Below, one piece after another: positions 29,858 to 38,392 of a DNA stretch of 64,000 nucleotides. The DNA is from Gammaproteobacteria bacterium (lineage in GTDB: Bacteria; Pseudomonadota; Gammaproteobacteria; JAUZRS01), in contig JAUZSP010000006.1 in the NCBI GenBank assembly GCA_030949385.1, positions 64,121 through 128,120 on the forward strand, read 5' to 3'. The translations under genes were made by a program, and so were the position numbers. Below the pieces are notes generated by a model. It saw nothing but the letters and a program-made list of their open reading frames with translations. It did not search any database and was not told the DNA's origin. Positions within the stretch are counted from its first letter, which is position 1; each line of letters opens with the position of its first letter.

Positions 29858-30098
29858 AATCTGTCACGCCTGTCACGCCGTGACACACCCGTAGCGTGAC
29901 AGCCAAAATAGCATATAACATATTGATATTAAATAAGTTATTTGGATCTGTCACGCCGTCACGCCTGTCACGACACCTTTTAGCAGCAAAGTGAAAAAAC
30001 CAATCTGAAAATCCTCACACCTCACATAAATACTATTTAAAATCCCTGTAAATATGAGATGCTTTGAAAATGGTTTTTTATGTGTGGCAGTGTGACAA
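29858..30098 (-). repeat. Long inverted repeat, right copy (241 bp); probable ori with IHF site
   Basis: TGTCACGC iterons around a 43-bp AT-rich spacer holding TATCAAtatgTTA (29916-29928, minus strand). Confidence 0.95.
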
Positions 30099-30202
30099 AT
30101 AAACTGCTTTAAGGTACTAGGTAGGGAATTTGGTTTGCGGGTAATTCGAACCCCGCTTAGACGTTATTTACCACCTTATTCAAAATAAACGGGTTCGGGG
30201 CA

Positions 30203-30451
30203 TTAGCCTACCTTGCGGATTTCTTCACGAATAACGCGGCGTAGAACAGCCTCTAATGGTTCTTTGCCCTCTACGCTTTGGATGTGTTGTTGTAGGGCTG
30301 CATTAATCAGTGATTGATAGTTACCACCACCGGCCACTTGATCCCGAAACCATTGCACCACGTCACTGTCAAGACGGATGGTGATTCGTTCCTTATTGCT
30401 TTGGATCACAGCGCCCCGTTGGGCGTTATTGAAGTCGTAATGTTCTCTCAT
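30203..30451 (-). CDS. brnA: BrnA antitoxin
   Basis: YDF, KERITIRLDSDVVQWFR, YQSLINAAL ribbon-helix-helix. Confidence 0.88.
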   Translation of the reverse strand: MREHYDFNNAQRGAVIQSNKERITIRLDSDVVQWFRDQVAGGGNYQSLINAALQQHIQSVEGKEPLEAVLRRVIREEIRKVG

Positions 30452-30454
30452 GGC

Positions 30455-30727
30455 TTAGCCCTCGTACTGTTTGCGTTCTTGCCTATTGGCCTTTCTGGCA
30501 GAGATGATGCGGATAACATCCCCTATTTTGTGCAGGTTTACCACCAGCAAAACACGCCCTTGAAAATCCATGCCAAGCGTTAAGAGGCGCGCCTCTTGGT
30601 GGTTGTGATCTGGGTCGGTTTGGGTCAGTGCCATATCATCGTAAAAGACTCCCACCGCATCGGCAAAATCCACACCGTGCTTATTTAGGTTGGTGTGGCG
30701 TTTGTTTTCATCCCATTCAAAGTTCAT
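30455..30727 (-). CDS. brnT: BrnT ribonuclease toxin
   Basis: FEWDENKRHTNLNKHGVDF, IRIISARKA. Confidence 0.92.
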   Translation of the reverse strand: MNFEWDENKRHTNLNKHGVDFADAVGVFYDDMALTQTDPDHNHQEARLLTLGMDFQGRVLLVVNLHKIGDVIRIISARKANRQERKQYEG

Positions 30728-30733
30728 GGGTTG

Positions 30734-30761
30734 AGTGTATGCCGGTTGTGCATACAGTCAA
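30734..30761 (-). promoter_or_regulatory. brnTA promoter with palindromic operator
   Basis: TTGACT-16 bp-TACACT; TGTATGC-N7-GCATACA palindrome at 30736-30756. Confidence 0.65.
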
Positions 30762-30930
30762 GTATCCTTTAGATGGGGTGGTGTTACTGCCCTGTGGGGC
30801 ACTCATGGGACACTAGACCAGCAAAAACAGGGGTAAACGTGAACAAGTGGAAACAATGGGTTGCCATTAACTTATTGATTTAATTCTTTTTTTATTGTTC
30901 TTGGTTGTTCTGGATTATTCGTTGTTCGAA

Positions 30931-30983
30931 ACTTTTAATTAGGTGGTCGAAGGTTCGAATCCTTCACGGCCCACCATATTTTT
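30931..30983 (+). repeat. attR (displaced 3' half of tRNA-Lys)
   Basis: Starts just before the anticodon loop; no 5' half upstream; IHF consensus at 30868-30880. Confidence 0.95.
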
Positions 30984-31082
30984 AAACGCTGTTCTTAGCG
31001 TTGATTCTTTCATTTTATTTTGCCTTAATAGGCTACCTTTCCGGTACGATCATTGACTCACTTTTTTATCTGTGGAGTTATC

Positions 31083-31720
31083 ATGTCTCGTCCAAAAAAA
31101 TCTTCCTAGTTTACCATCGGCAGAAGAGGCTTTATCTGGCAGAGATCAAGCCCTCATTGTTGATGATGCGCATTTTGTGCATGGCCACACTTTAACAGCA
31201 CCTTTTCCTGAGCAGATGCAGCTGGCGATGTTTGGTTTGGGCTGTTTTTGGGGGGCTGAAAAACGCTTTTGGCAAGAGCTCGGTGTGTTCAGTACCGCTG
31301 TGGGTTATGCCGCTGGCCACACTAAAAATCCGACCTATCATGAGGTGTGCAGTGGAGCTACGGCGCACAACGAAGTGGTGCAGGTGGTGTTTGATCCAGA
31401 ACAGCTCTCTTACCAGCGTCTGCTGGAGCTGTTTTGGACGGGGCATAATCCCACTCAAGGTGATCGCCAAGGTAACGATGTGGGTAGCCAATATCGTTCT
31501 GGAATTTACTGTTTTAATGCTGATCAGCAGGCTTTAGCGGAAGCTTCAAAACAGCGTTATCAGGATGCCTTGTCTTCACAGGGGTTGGCTGAAATTACCA
31601 CTGAAATCATTCCAGCACCGCTTTTTTATTATGCAGAGTCCTATCATCAGCAGTACTTGGCAAAAAATCCGCAGGGTTATTGTGGTTTGGGGGGGGTGTG
31701 GCGTCGATTTTCCGCAGTAA
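31083..31720 (+). CDS. msrA: Peptide methionine sulfoxide reductase A
   Basis: GCFWG, GNDVGSQYRS, YAESYHQQYL, GYCGLGG; start and stop inferred after removing one base from an A run (~31095) and a G run (~31690). Confidence 0.9.
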
Positions 31721-31727
31721 TACCGTT

Positions 31728-33045
31728 CAATACTTCGGACAGTTTTAGAGAGAAAAAGATAGGAACCACAGGCGGATTCTGAGAAAATAGAGTTCTCAAA
31801 AAACGACAATCAAAGAAGGCCGCCCGTGGAATCCATAGTAGAATCGGTTTTACTCTCCATGTCCAGTGTTAAAAAACCACAACGTCTTTTTCTCTCAGCT
31901 CTGTTTTCCGCATTGATGGTTTTTCAAGGGAAAGCCACTTTTCGTAATTTGAGTCGTTACAGTTCGTTGCATGAAAAACGTCTGTCGCGTTGGTTTCGAC
32001 GTTCATTTGATTTTGCACAATTCAACAGACGCCTACTTCAAAAAGGGCTGCCACAAAAGCACGATCAAATTGCCGCCATTGATGCCAGCTTTATGAAAAA
32101 AAGTGGTCAGAAAACAGCAGGGTTGGGTTGGTTTTACAACGGCGCTTTGGGGCAAGCCATGGTGGGGTTGGAGTTGTCGTTGGTTTGCCGAATTGATCTT
32201 CAAAGTCGAACCGCTTACGCGCTGGAGGCTCGCCAAACGTTGGACTCGGAACAGAAAGAGGGTGAGAGCCGAGTGGACTGCTACGCGAAACAGGTTTGTG
32301 ACCTTGCCTGTGATCTTCAAGCGCAAGGCATTCGCTACCTTACCGCAGACGCCTACTACAGCAAGGTGAAGTTTGTCGATGCGGTCTGTTCAGATGACTT
32401 ACACCTGATTGGAAAGCTGCGTTCAGATGCCAACCTAAGCTGGTATTTTGAGGGCGAGTACGGTGGCAAAGGACGTCCTAAAACGTACGATGGTAAAGTC
32501 AATTTCCAAACGGAGCTGTCCCGTTTTGATGCGTGTGGCGTAATGGATAAGGGGGTATCGATTTACAGCGCCGTGGTTCACTCGTGTTGTTTCAAACGGA
32601 AAATCCGTGTGGTGCTGCTGCGATGGGAGCAGAAGACAAAAGTCCGTTCGGCTCTGCTGTTTTCTACGGATTCGGAGTTGGCTCCAGAAAAGATTGTCGA
32701 ATATTACACCGCTCGTTTTCAGATTGAATTTTTGTTTCGTGAAGCTAAGCAACATACGGGTTTAATGGATTGCCAAGCGCGTTGCCCAGAGGCCATTCAA
32801 ACTCATATTAATGCCTCGTTCACCGCACTGAATTTATTGAAGCTGGAAGACCGTAAGGACAAGAGCAACCCTGAGCCTTCGGTGATTTCGATTGCCTCGT
32901 GGCGACGTAAGAAATTCAATCAATATTTGATGAAAATACTTTTTGACAAGTTAGGTTTGGAGAGATCTTGTCAAAAAGTCGAGGCGGTTTACCATGAGCT
33001 GAGTGAGTATGGGGCTATTCAGGTTTAAAACTGTCCGAAGTATTG
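31728..33045 (+). mobile_element. Insertion sequence, 1318 bp (IS701/IS4-like DDE)
   Basis: Perfect 20-bp IRs CAATACTTCGGACAGTTTTA; 6-bp target duplication ACCGTT (31722-27, 33046-51). Confidence 0.95.
31826..33028 (+). CDS. DDE transposase
   Basis: AIDAS, ADAYY, Y..RFQIEFLFREAK (YREK-like); stop codon lies in the right IR. Confidence 0.92.
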   Translation: MESIVESVLLSMSSVKKPQRLFLSALFSALMVFQGKATFRNLSRYSSLHEKRLSRWFRRSFDFAQFNRRLLQKGLPQKHDQIAAIDASFMKKSGQKTAGLGWFYNGALGQAMVGLELSLVCRIDLQSRTAYALEARQTLDSEQKEGESRVDCYAKQVCDLACDLQAQGIRYLTADAYYSKVKFVDAVCSDDLHLIGKLRSDANLSWYFEGEYGGKGRPKTYDGKVNFQTELSRFDACGVMDKGVSIYSAVVHSCCFKRKIRVVLLRWEQKTKVRSALLFSTDSELAPEKIVEYYTARFQIEFLFREAKQHTGLMDCQARCPEAIQTHINASFTALNLLKLEDRKDKSNPEPSVISIASWRRKKFNQYLMKILFDKLGLERSCQKVEAVYHELSEYGAIQV

Positions 33046-33313
33046 ACCGTTGATAATCTGATAAATGTGACAAACCATCTGGTACGACTTATTTTTATGC
33101 TTGGATGAAGGGCGCTCTCTGGGCTAGTCTTTATGCTTTAGAAGTTTTAAGGCCGTCGTAAGGTAGAGTGGTTTACTCTACTTAATTCAGTTTTTTGCAA
33201 CTTCTATCCAGTGTGGCGTTAGGATAAACCTCTGTAGGTTTGTGCTGTAATAGATTGAATCATCTATATAAATAGAAATTCAGTTTTGGATAGATTGCAT
33301 GGAGTGCGTTTTA

Positions 33314-34078
33314 ATGATTGATGAGGCTTTGGCGTTTCGTCTGGGTCAGGAAAGCCCCGGTTTTTACGGCAAAATTCCCGTTAGGGGTGATTTTGTGTCG
33401 CGCCGCTTGGCGCAGCATTTTGTTGAACCTTGGGATCATTGGTTGCAAGAGTCTTTGCTCTCCAGTCAGGAGCAGTTGGCGGATGACTGGTTGGATGTCT
33501 ACCTGACCAGCCCTGTGTGGCGTTTTGTGATGACCAAAGGGGTCTGTGGTTCTCTGCCGTGGGCGGGAGTGGTGATGCCGAGTGTGGATCGAATGGGGCG
33601 TTATTTTCCTTTCACCCTTGCGACTCCGTTGGCCGAAGGGGTGAATCCGTTTCGAATGATGCAGTCGGGAGGGGCGTGGTACGCACAAGCAGAAACCTTG
33701 GCGCTTTCCAGCCTCCGCGAAGGCTTTGAACTGGAAGAGTTTGACCAGCAATTGAAACGTTTACGAGTGCCGAAAAGTGCCGCTAAAGAGACGGTACACA
33801 ACGGCATAATGGGGGTTTCGTCCGCTTGGCATATCTCATTAGCGGCACCGTCGAGTTTGGCGGGTGCTTGTTCTGAGTTGGCAAATCAGGCTCTGGAAGA
33901 GCTTTATTTTGGCTACAGCCTCTGGTGGAGCCACGGTTCCGAGCAGGTGGAACCTTCTTTTTTAGTATGTCAGGGATTACCCCCGACAACAGGCTTTGCA
34001 GCCATGTTGGGAGGAGACTGGGAAAATGCAGATTGGCAGAAGAGAAGCGTTACCTCTGCCCACGGTGATGGATTTTGA
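33314..34078 (+). CDS. tagF: Type VI secretion-associated regulator TagF
   Basis: GFYGKIPVRGDFV, WRF, MPSVDRMGRYFP, SLWW motifs. Confidence 0.88.
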   Translation: MIDEALAFRLGQESPGFYGKIPVRGDFVSRRLAQHFVEPWDHWLQESLLSSQEQLADDWLDVYLTSPVWRFVMTKGVCGSLPWAGVVMPSVDRMGRYFPFTLATPLAEGVNPFRMMQSGGAWYAQAETLALSSLREGFELEEFDQQLKRLRVPKSAAKETVHNGIMGVSSAWHISLAAPSSLAGACSELANQALEELYFGYSLWWSHGSEQVEPSFLVCQGLPPTTGFAAMLGGDWENADWQKRSVTSAHGDGF

Positions 34079-34859
34079 CGGTGGTGAATTAGGTTTGTAC
34101 TGGAACTCAGCCGCTATCACCCACATGGGAAAGGTTAGAAATAATAATGAGGACGCTTATTTGGAGCGTCCAGAAGTGGGTTTGTGGGTGGTTGCTGATG
34201 GCATGGGTGGTCACGCCTACGGTGAATTGGCCAGTCAATGGATTGTGGAGTCACTGCAAAGCCTAGAACCGCCGTTGGGATTCGGTGCTTATGTCCGTGA
34301 GGTAAAACGTGCCCTGTTGGGAGTAAATGAGCGTCTGTTGGCAGAGGCGCAGCGCCGAGGTAAAACAACCATTGGCAGTACGGTGGTTGTGTTGCTGGCG
34401 TGGCGTCAGTATTGTGTTTATCTGTGGGCCGGAGACAGCCGAGCGTATTTGTTGCGCAACAAACGTTTGCGTTCTTTGACTTGGGATCACGGTCCACTGG
34501 AAGAGTTTGTTGCTCGCGGTTTGGTGAGTCGTGAAGAGTCCGACAGTTATGTGGATTCCAATGCCATCACTCGAGCGGTGGGAGCGTCTAAGCGGTTGGA
34601 GTTGGATTGCCATATTCAGGCCGTTTGCCGAGGCGATGTTTTTTTACTCTGTAGTGACGGTCTCTATCGAGAGATTGAAAACGCGGAGATTGAAGCGTTG
34701 TTGAATCAAGGTTCACCCCAAGAGAGTGCGGAGGCTTTGGTGACCTTGGCACTCTCTCGTGGCGCGCGAGATAATGTGACGGTCGTGGTGGCTGCTGCTG
34801 GCAGTGGCCGGGGGTTGCAGACCGTAGAGCGCTCTAACGTGATTGATTTTGCGATGTGA
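34068..34859 (+). CDS. PP2C-family Ser/Thr phosphatase (PppA-like)
   Basis: RNNNED, VADGMGGH, AGDSR, LCSDGL, RDNVT. Confidence 0.92.
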   Translation: MDFDGGELGLYWNSAAITHMGKVRNNNEDAYLERPEVGLWVVADGMGGHAYGELASQWIVESLQSLEPPLGFGAYVREVKRALLGVNERLLAEAQRRGKTTIGSTVVVLLAWRQYCVYLWAGDSRAYLLRNKRLRSLTWDHGPLEEFVARGLVSREESDSYVDSNAITRAVGASKRLELDCHIQAVCRGDVFLLCSDGLYREIENAEIEALLNQGSPQESAEALVTLALSRGARDNVTVVVAAAGSGRGLQTVERSNVIDFAM

Positions 34860-34879
34860 TTAATCGCTGATTGATGAGC

Positions 34880-34917
34880 AAAAAAAGCCGAGATCGAATG
34901 ATCTCGGCTTTTTTTTT
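34880..34917 (+). terminator. Intrinsic terminator
   Basis: AAAAAAGCCGAGATC-gaat-GATCTCGGCTTTTTTT. Confidence 0.88.
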
Positions 34918-35017
34918 GGCTGAACATCTCTGATGTTCTCTTAGCTGCCGTGGCGGTTTGCTGGCGGGAAATCTGGTTGTATACTGCTGCGCTCCCCCTT
35001 CTCTTGGAAACGGATTC

Positions 35018-37208
35018 ATGCAACAACTGCAACAGATCGAAGCCATCGAAAAACGTCTTTGGAAAGCAGCCGATACCTTGCGCTCCAACTCCGAACTGGC
35101 GAGCAACGAATATTTTATGCCGGTGATGGGGTTGGTGTTTTTGCGTCACGCTTACAGCCGTTTTCTTGCGGTCAAGGCTGAGATTGAGAAAACCCTGCCC
35201 AGTCGGGGTGGAAAAACTCGTGCATTAAGCAAAGATGATTTTGCTGGTCGGGGGGGCGATTTTTCTCCGTGAAGAGGCGCAGTTTGATTATTTGGTGGCG
35301 CTGAGTGATGAAGTTGATTGTACGCAAGCGGTCATTGCGGCGATGAACTCCATTGAGGAGGATTACACGGGGCTAAAGAAGCAGTTACCAAAAGAGGAGT
35401 ATCAAGGGATCTCCAGTGAGGTGGTGCGGCAGTTGTTGCGCAGTCTCAACCCAGAAGAGTTAAAGCAGGCCGATGGGGATATTTTTGGCCGTATCTATGA
35501 GTACTTCTTGACTCAGTTTGCTGACCAGGGGGCGCACGATGGCGGTGAGTTTTTTACTCCGATCTCTTTGGTGCAGATGATCGTTAATGTGATCGAGCCT
35601 CATAAGGGCAAAATTTTAGACCCTGCCTGTGGTTCTGGTGGCATGTTTGTGCAGAGTGCACATTTTGTCGATCAGCAGAAAAAGGAGTCTCATGATGCCT
35701 TGACCTTTTACGGTCATGAGAAAAACCCCACCACAACCCGTTTGGCGAAGATGAATCTACGGGTGCATGGTCTGGAAGGCGAGGTTGCTGGGGGCAGTGA
35801 GGCGATCACCTACTACAATGACCCGCATGATTTGGTGGGCGATGTTGATTTTGTGATGGCCAACCCGCCTTTCAATGTGGATGAGGTGGATGCGAGCAAA
35901 ATTGAAACGGATGCACGCCTGCCGTTCGGTTTGGCAGGAGTAAATAAAGGCGGCAAGGTTTCTAACGGTAATTACCTTTGGATTTCCTATTTTTACAGCT
36001 ACCTGAATGAGACAGGCCGTGCGGGGTTTGTGATGTCGTCGCAATCGTCCAGTGCTGGAGGGGCTGAGGCAAAGGTGCGTCAAGCGTTGATTGAGACCGG
36101 CCATGTGGATCTGATGATTGACATCCGTTCTAACTTTTTCTACACCCGTTCGGTGCCCTGTCAGCTCTGGTTTTTGAATAAGGGCAAGCCTGAGGCGCAT
36201 AAAGATAAGGTGTTGATGATTGATGCGCGGCAGGTTTACCGTCAAGTGACGCGCAAGATTTACGACTTTAGCCCTGAGCAGTTGGCCAATTTAAACAGCA
36301 TTGTTTGGCTTTATCGCGGTGAGTCTGGGCGGTTTATTGAGTTGGTGCAGAGTCACATTCAGAAGGCGCTGGATCATGCGTGGCTTGCCTTTGCTCTGGA
36401 GTATGAAGAGGAGGTGGTTGTTGAGAAAGGCGGTTCGAAAGAGATCAAGATCGTTGAATATAATCCAATTTTTGTCTCGGTTGAGTTGTTGCAGAAGATT
36501 GAGAAGGCCATTACGCCTTTCTATAAGCAGCAAACCGCCGCGCTACAAGAGGACTTAAAAGCGTTTTCGGACAAAGTGGTTCTGCTGAGTGCGGAGAGTA
36601 AAACCTTTGAGGCGCTGGTGGATCAGGTCACGAAACAGTGGGGAGCTGGCACCTTTAAGACGGCGAAGTCGTTAAACAAGCTGATCGCTGATGGGGGTAA
36701 GGTGGCGCAGTTGGCGGAGCGCAGTCGTGATTTTATGGCTGAGTTGGAGTCGGTTTGTAAAGCGTCGAACGGTCTGTTTGAGAACGCTGAGAAGGTGTTA
36801 AAGGCGAAGAAGGTCAAGAAAAGTAAGCTTTGGGATCGGGTGGCCTTGCTCAGTGGCAAGGAGAGTTTAAAAAAACGCTTGGAGAGGATGCGAGGGGATG
36901 CGGTGGAGCAGTTGAAGCAGGTGAGCTATTTTCATCAGCAGGCGTTGTGGTTGTTGAGCCGTTTCCCTGAGGCGAAGTTGGTGGATGTGGCAGGGCTGGT
37001 GAGGTTGGTGGATCAAACGGAGCTGGCGGCGAATGATTGGAGCCTGACCCCGGGGCGTTATGTGGGGGTGGCGGCTGAGGAAGAGGAAGAAGGATTTGAT
37101 TTTGCCGTGAGCCTGCGGGAGATTCACCGTGAGTTGGAGGGGTTAAATAAAGAAGCGGTAACGCTGGCTGAAAAAATAGCCCAGAACTTTAAGGGGCTGG
37201 GGGTATGA
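35018..37208 (+). CDS. hsdM: Type I R-M methyltransferase, +1 indel in G run at ~35253
   Basis: LWKAADTLR N-terminus, GEFFTP, DPACGSGG, ANPPF. Confidence 0.9.
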
Positions 37209-38392
37209 GCTTTTTTTTAACCACAATAAAGGATGTGTCGCTTGGTGTATATGATGGTCCGCACGCAACGCCTAAAGTGTCAACCTCTGGTCATGTTTTT
37301 TTAGGGATTAAGAATGTGACATCTCAAGGCAGGCTTGATTTGTCTAAAATAAAATATGTATCGAAAGAAGAATACTCTAAGTGGATAATAAGGGTAAAGC
37401 CTCAATGTGGAGATGTGGTATTTTCTTATGAAGCTACCTTGCATAGATATGCAATTATTCCTAAAGGGTTTGAAGGGTGTTTGGGGCGTCGCATGGGACT
37501 GATAAGGCCAGATCCAAAAAAAATAAATTCACGTTTTCTTCATTACTATTTTCTATCTCCACAATGGCAAAAATATGCAGATACAAAGGTGATTGTAGGA
37601 GCAACAGTGAGTAGGTTTTCTATAAAAGATTTTCCTGATTTTTTGCTTAATATACCCTCGCTAGAGATACAGAAAGTAATTTCTACAGTGTTGTCTCAAT
37701 ACGACGATCTTATAGAAAACAACCGTCGCCGCATTCAATTGCTAGAAGAGTCCGCCCGTTTGCTCTACAAAGAGTGGTTTGTGCATCTGCGCTTTCCTGG
37801 TCATGAGCAGGTTAAAGTTGTTGATGGTGTGCCGGAGGGGTGGGTTAAGAAAAATCTTTTTGAAGTAAGTAGGGTGACATACGGTTTTTCATTTAAGTCA
37901 ACCCTGTTTTCTGGTGATGCTATTGGGCTTCCTGTTGTTAGGATAAGAAATATTCCCTCCCGTGTATCTAAGGTATTTACCATTGAAGAAGCCCCTGAAG
38001 AAAAATTATTAGAAAATGGAGATTTTTTAATTGGTATGGATGGTGATTTCCATATGAATTATTGGTGTGGTGGAAAAGCATGGTTGAACCAACGGGTTGT
38101 TAGAGTTCTTGGGGCTAATGGTGTGAGTACGGGGTTTGTAAAGCAGGCAATTGAAAAGCCTATTTTTGATTTCAATAGAGTTATTACTGGAACCACAGTG
38201 CGACATCTTGGGGCAAAGCACCTAAAAATGATTGATTTTTTTATTCCTGATGATGATGTGTTGAATAAGGCGAATGACTATTTTGAAGATGTTCGTATTC
38301 AAGTTGTTTGTCTATTTCAGAAAATTAAAAAACTTGAGCAAGCCCGAGATATTTTATTGCCTCGTTTGATGAGCGGAGAGCTGGTGGTATGA
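37205..38392 (+). CDS. hsdS: Type I R-M specificity subunit
   Basis: Two TRDs; conserved DDLIENNRRRIQLLEE...EWFV..RFPG...PEGW and RDILLPRLMSGE. Confidence 0.92.
   Translation: MSFFLTTIKDVSLGVYDGPHATPKVSTSGHVFLGIKNVTSQGRLDLSKIKYVSKEEYSKWIIRVKPQCGDVVFSYEATLHRYAIIPKGFEGCLGRRMGLIRPDPKKINSRFLHYYFLSPQWQKYADTKVIVGATVSRFSIKDFPDFLLNIPSLEIQKVISTVLSQYDDLIENNRRRIQLLEESARLLYKEWFVHLRFPGHEQVKVVDGVPEGWVKKNLFEVSRVTYGFSFKSTLFSGDAIGLPVVRIRNIPSRVSKVFTIEEAPEEKLLENGDFLIGMDGDFHMNYWCGGKAWLNQRVVRVLGANGVSTGFVKQAIEKPIFDFNRVITGTTVRHLGAKHLKMIDFFIPDDDVLNKANDYFEDVRIQVVCLFQKIKKLEQARDILLPRLMSGELVV

Larger units (their letters stand above)
23318..30983. mobile_element. Integrated phage-satellite-like element (~7.6 kb) in tRNA-Lys
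   Basis: Flanking 53-bp direct repeats, tyrosine integrase, Xis/AlpA-like gene, c4/ash region, primase-helicase, TA pair; no virion genes. Confidence 0.92.

Noticed and set aside
26131..30098. Long inverted repeats as transposon ends (TGT...ACA)
   Set aside because: No target duplication (TGCCT versus AATAA) and no transposase inside
26131..30098. Inverted repeats as an assembly artefact
   Set aside because: Copies differ mostly by substitutions clustered in the spacer, unlike the indel errors seen elsewhere
30931..30976. Second tRNA-Lys gene
   Set aside because: Only the 3' half is present; it is attR
31072..31782. msrA disrupted by or fused into the IS
   Set aside because: Removing one G from the run at ~31690 gives ...CGLGGCGVDFPQ-stop at 31720, before the IS
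35250..35256. Phase-variable poly-G switch in hsdM
   Set aside because: G7 is short and the same +1 pattern hits many unrelated genes; cannot be separated from consensus error without reads
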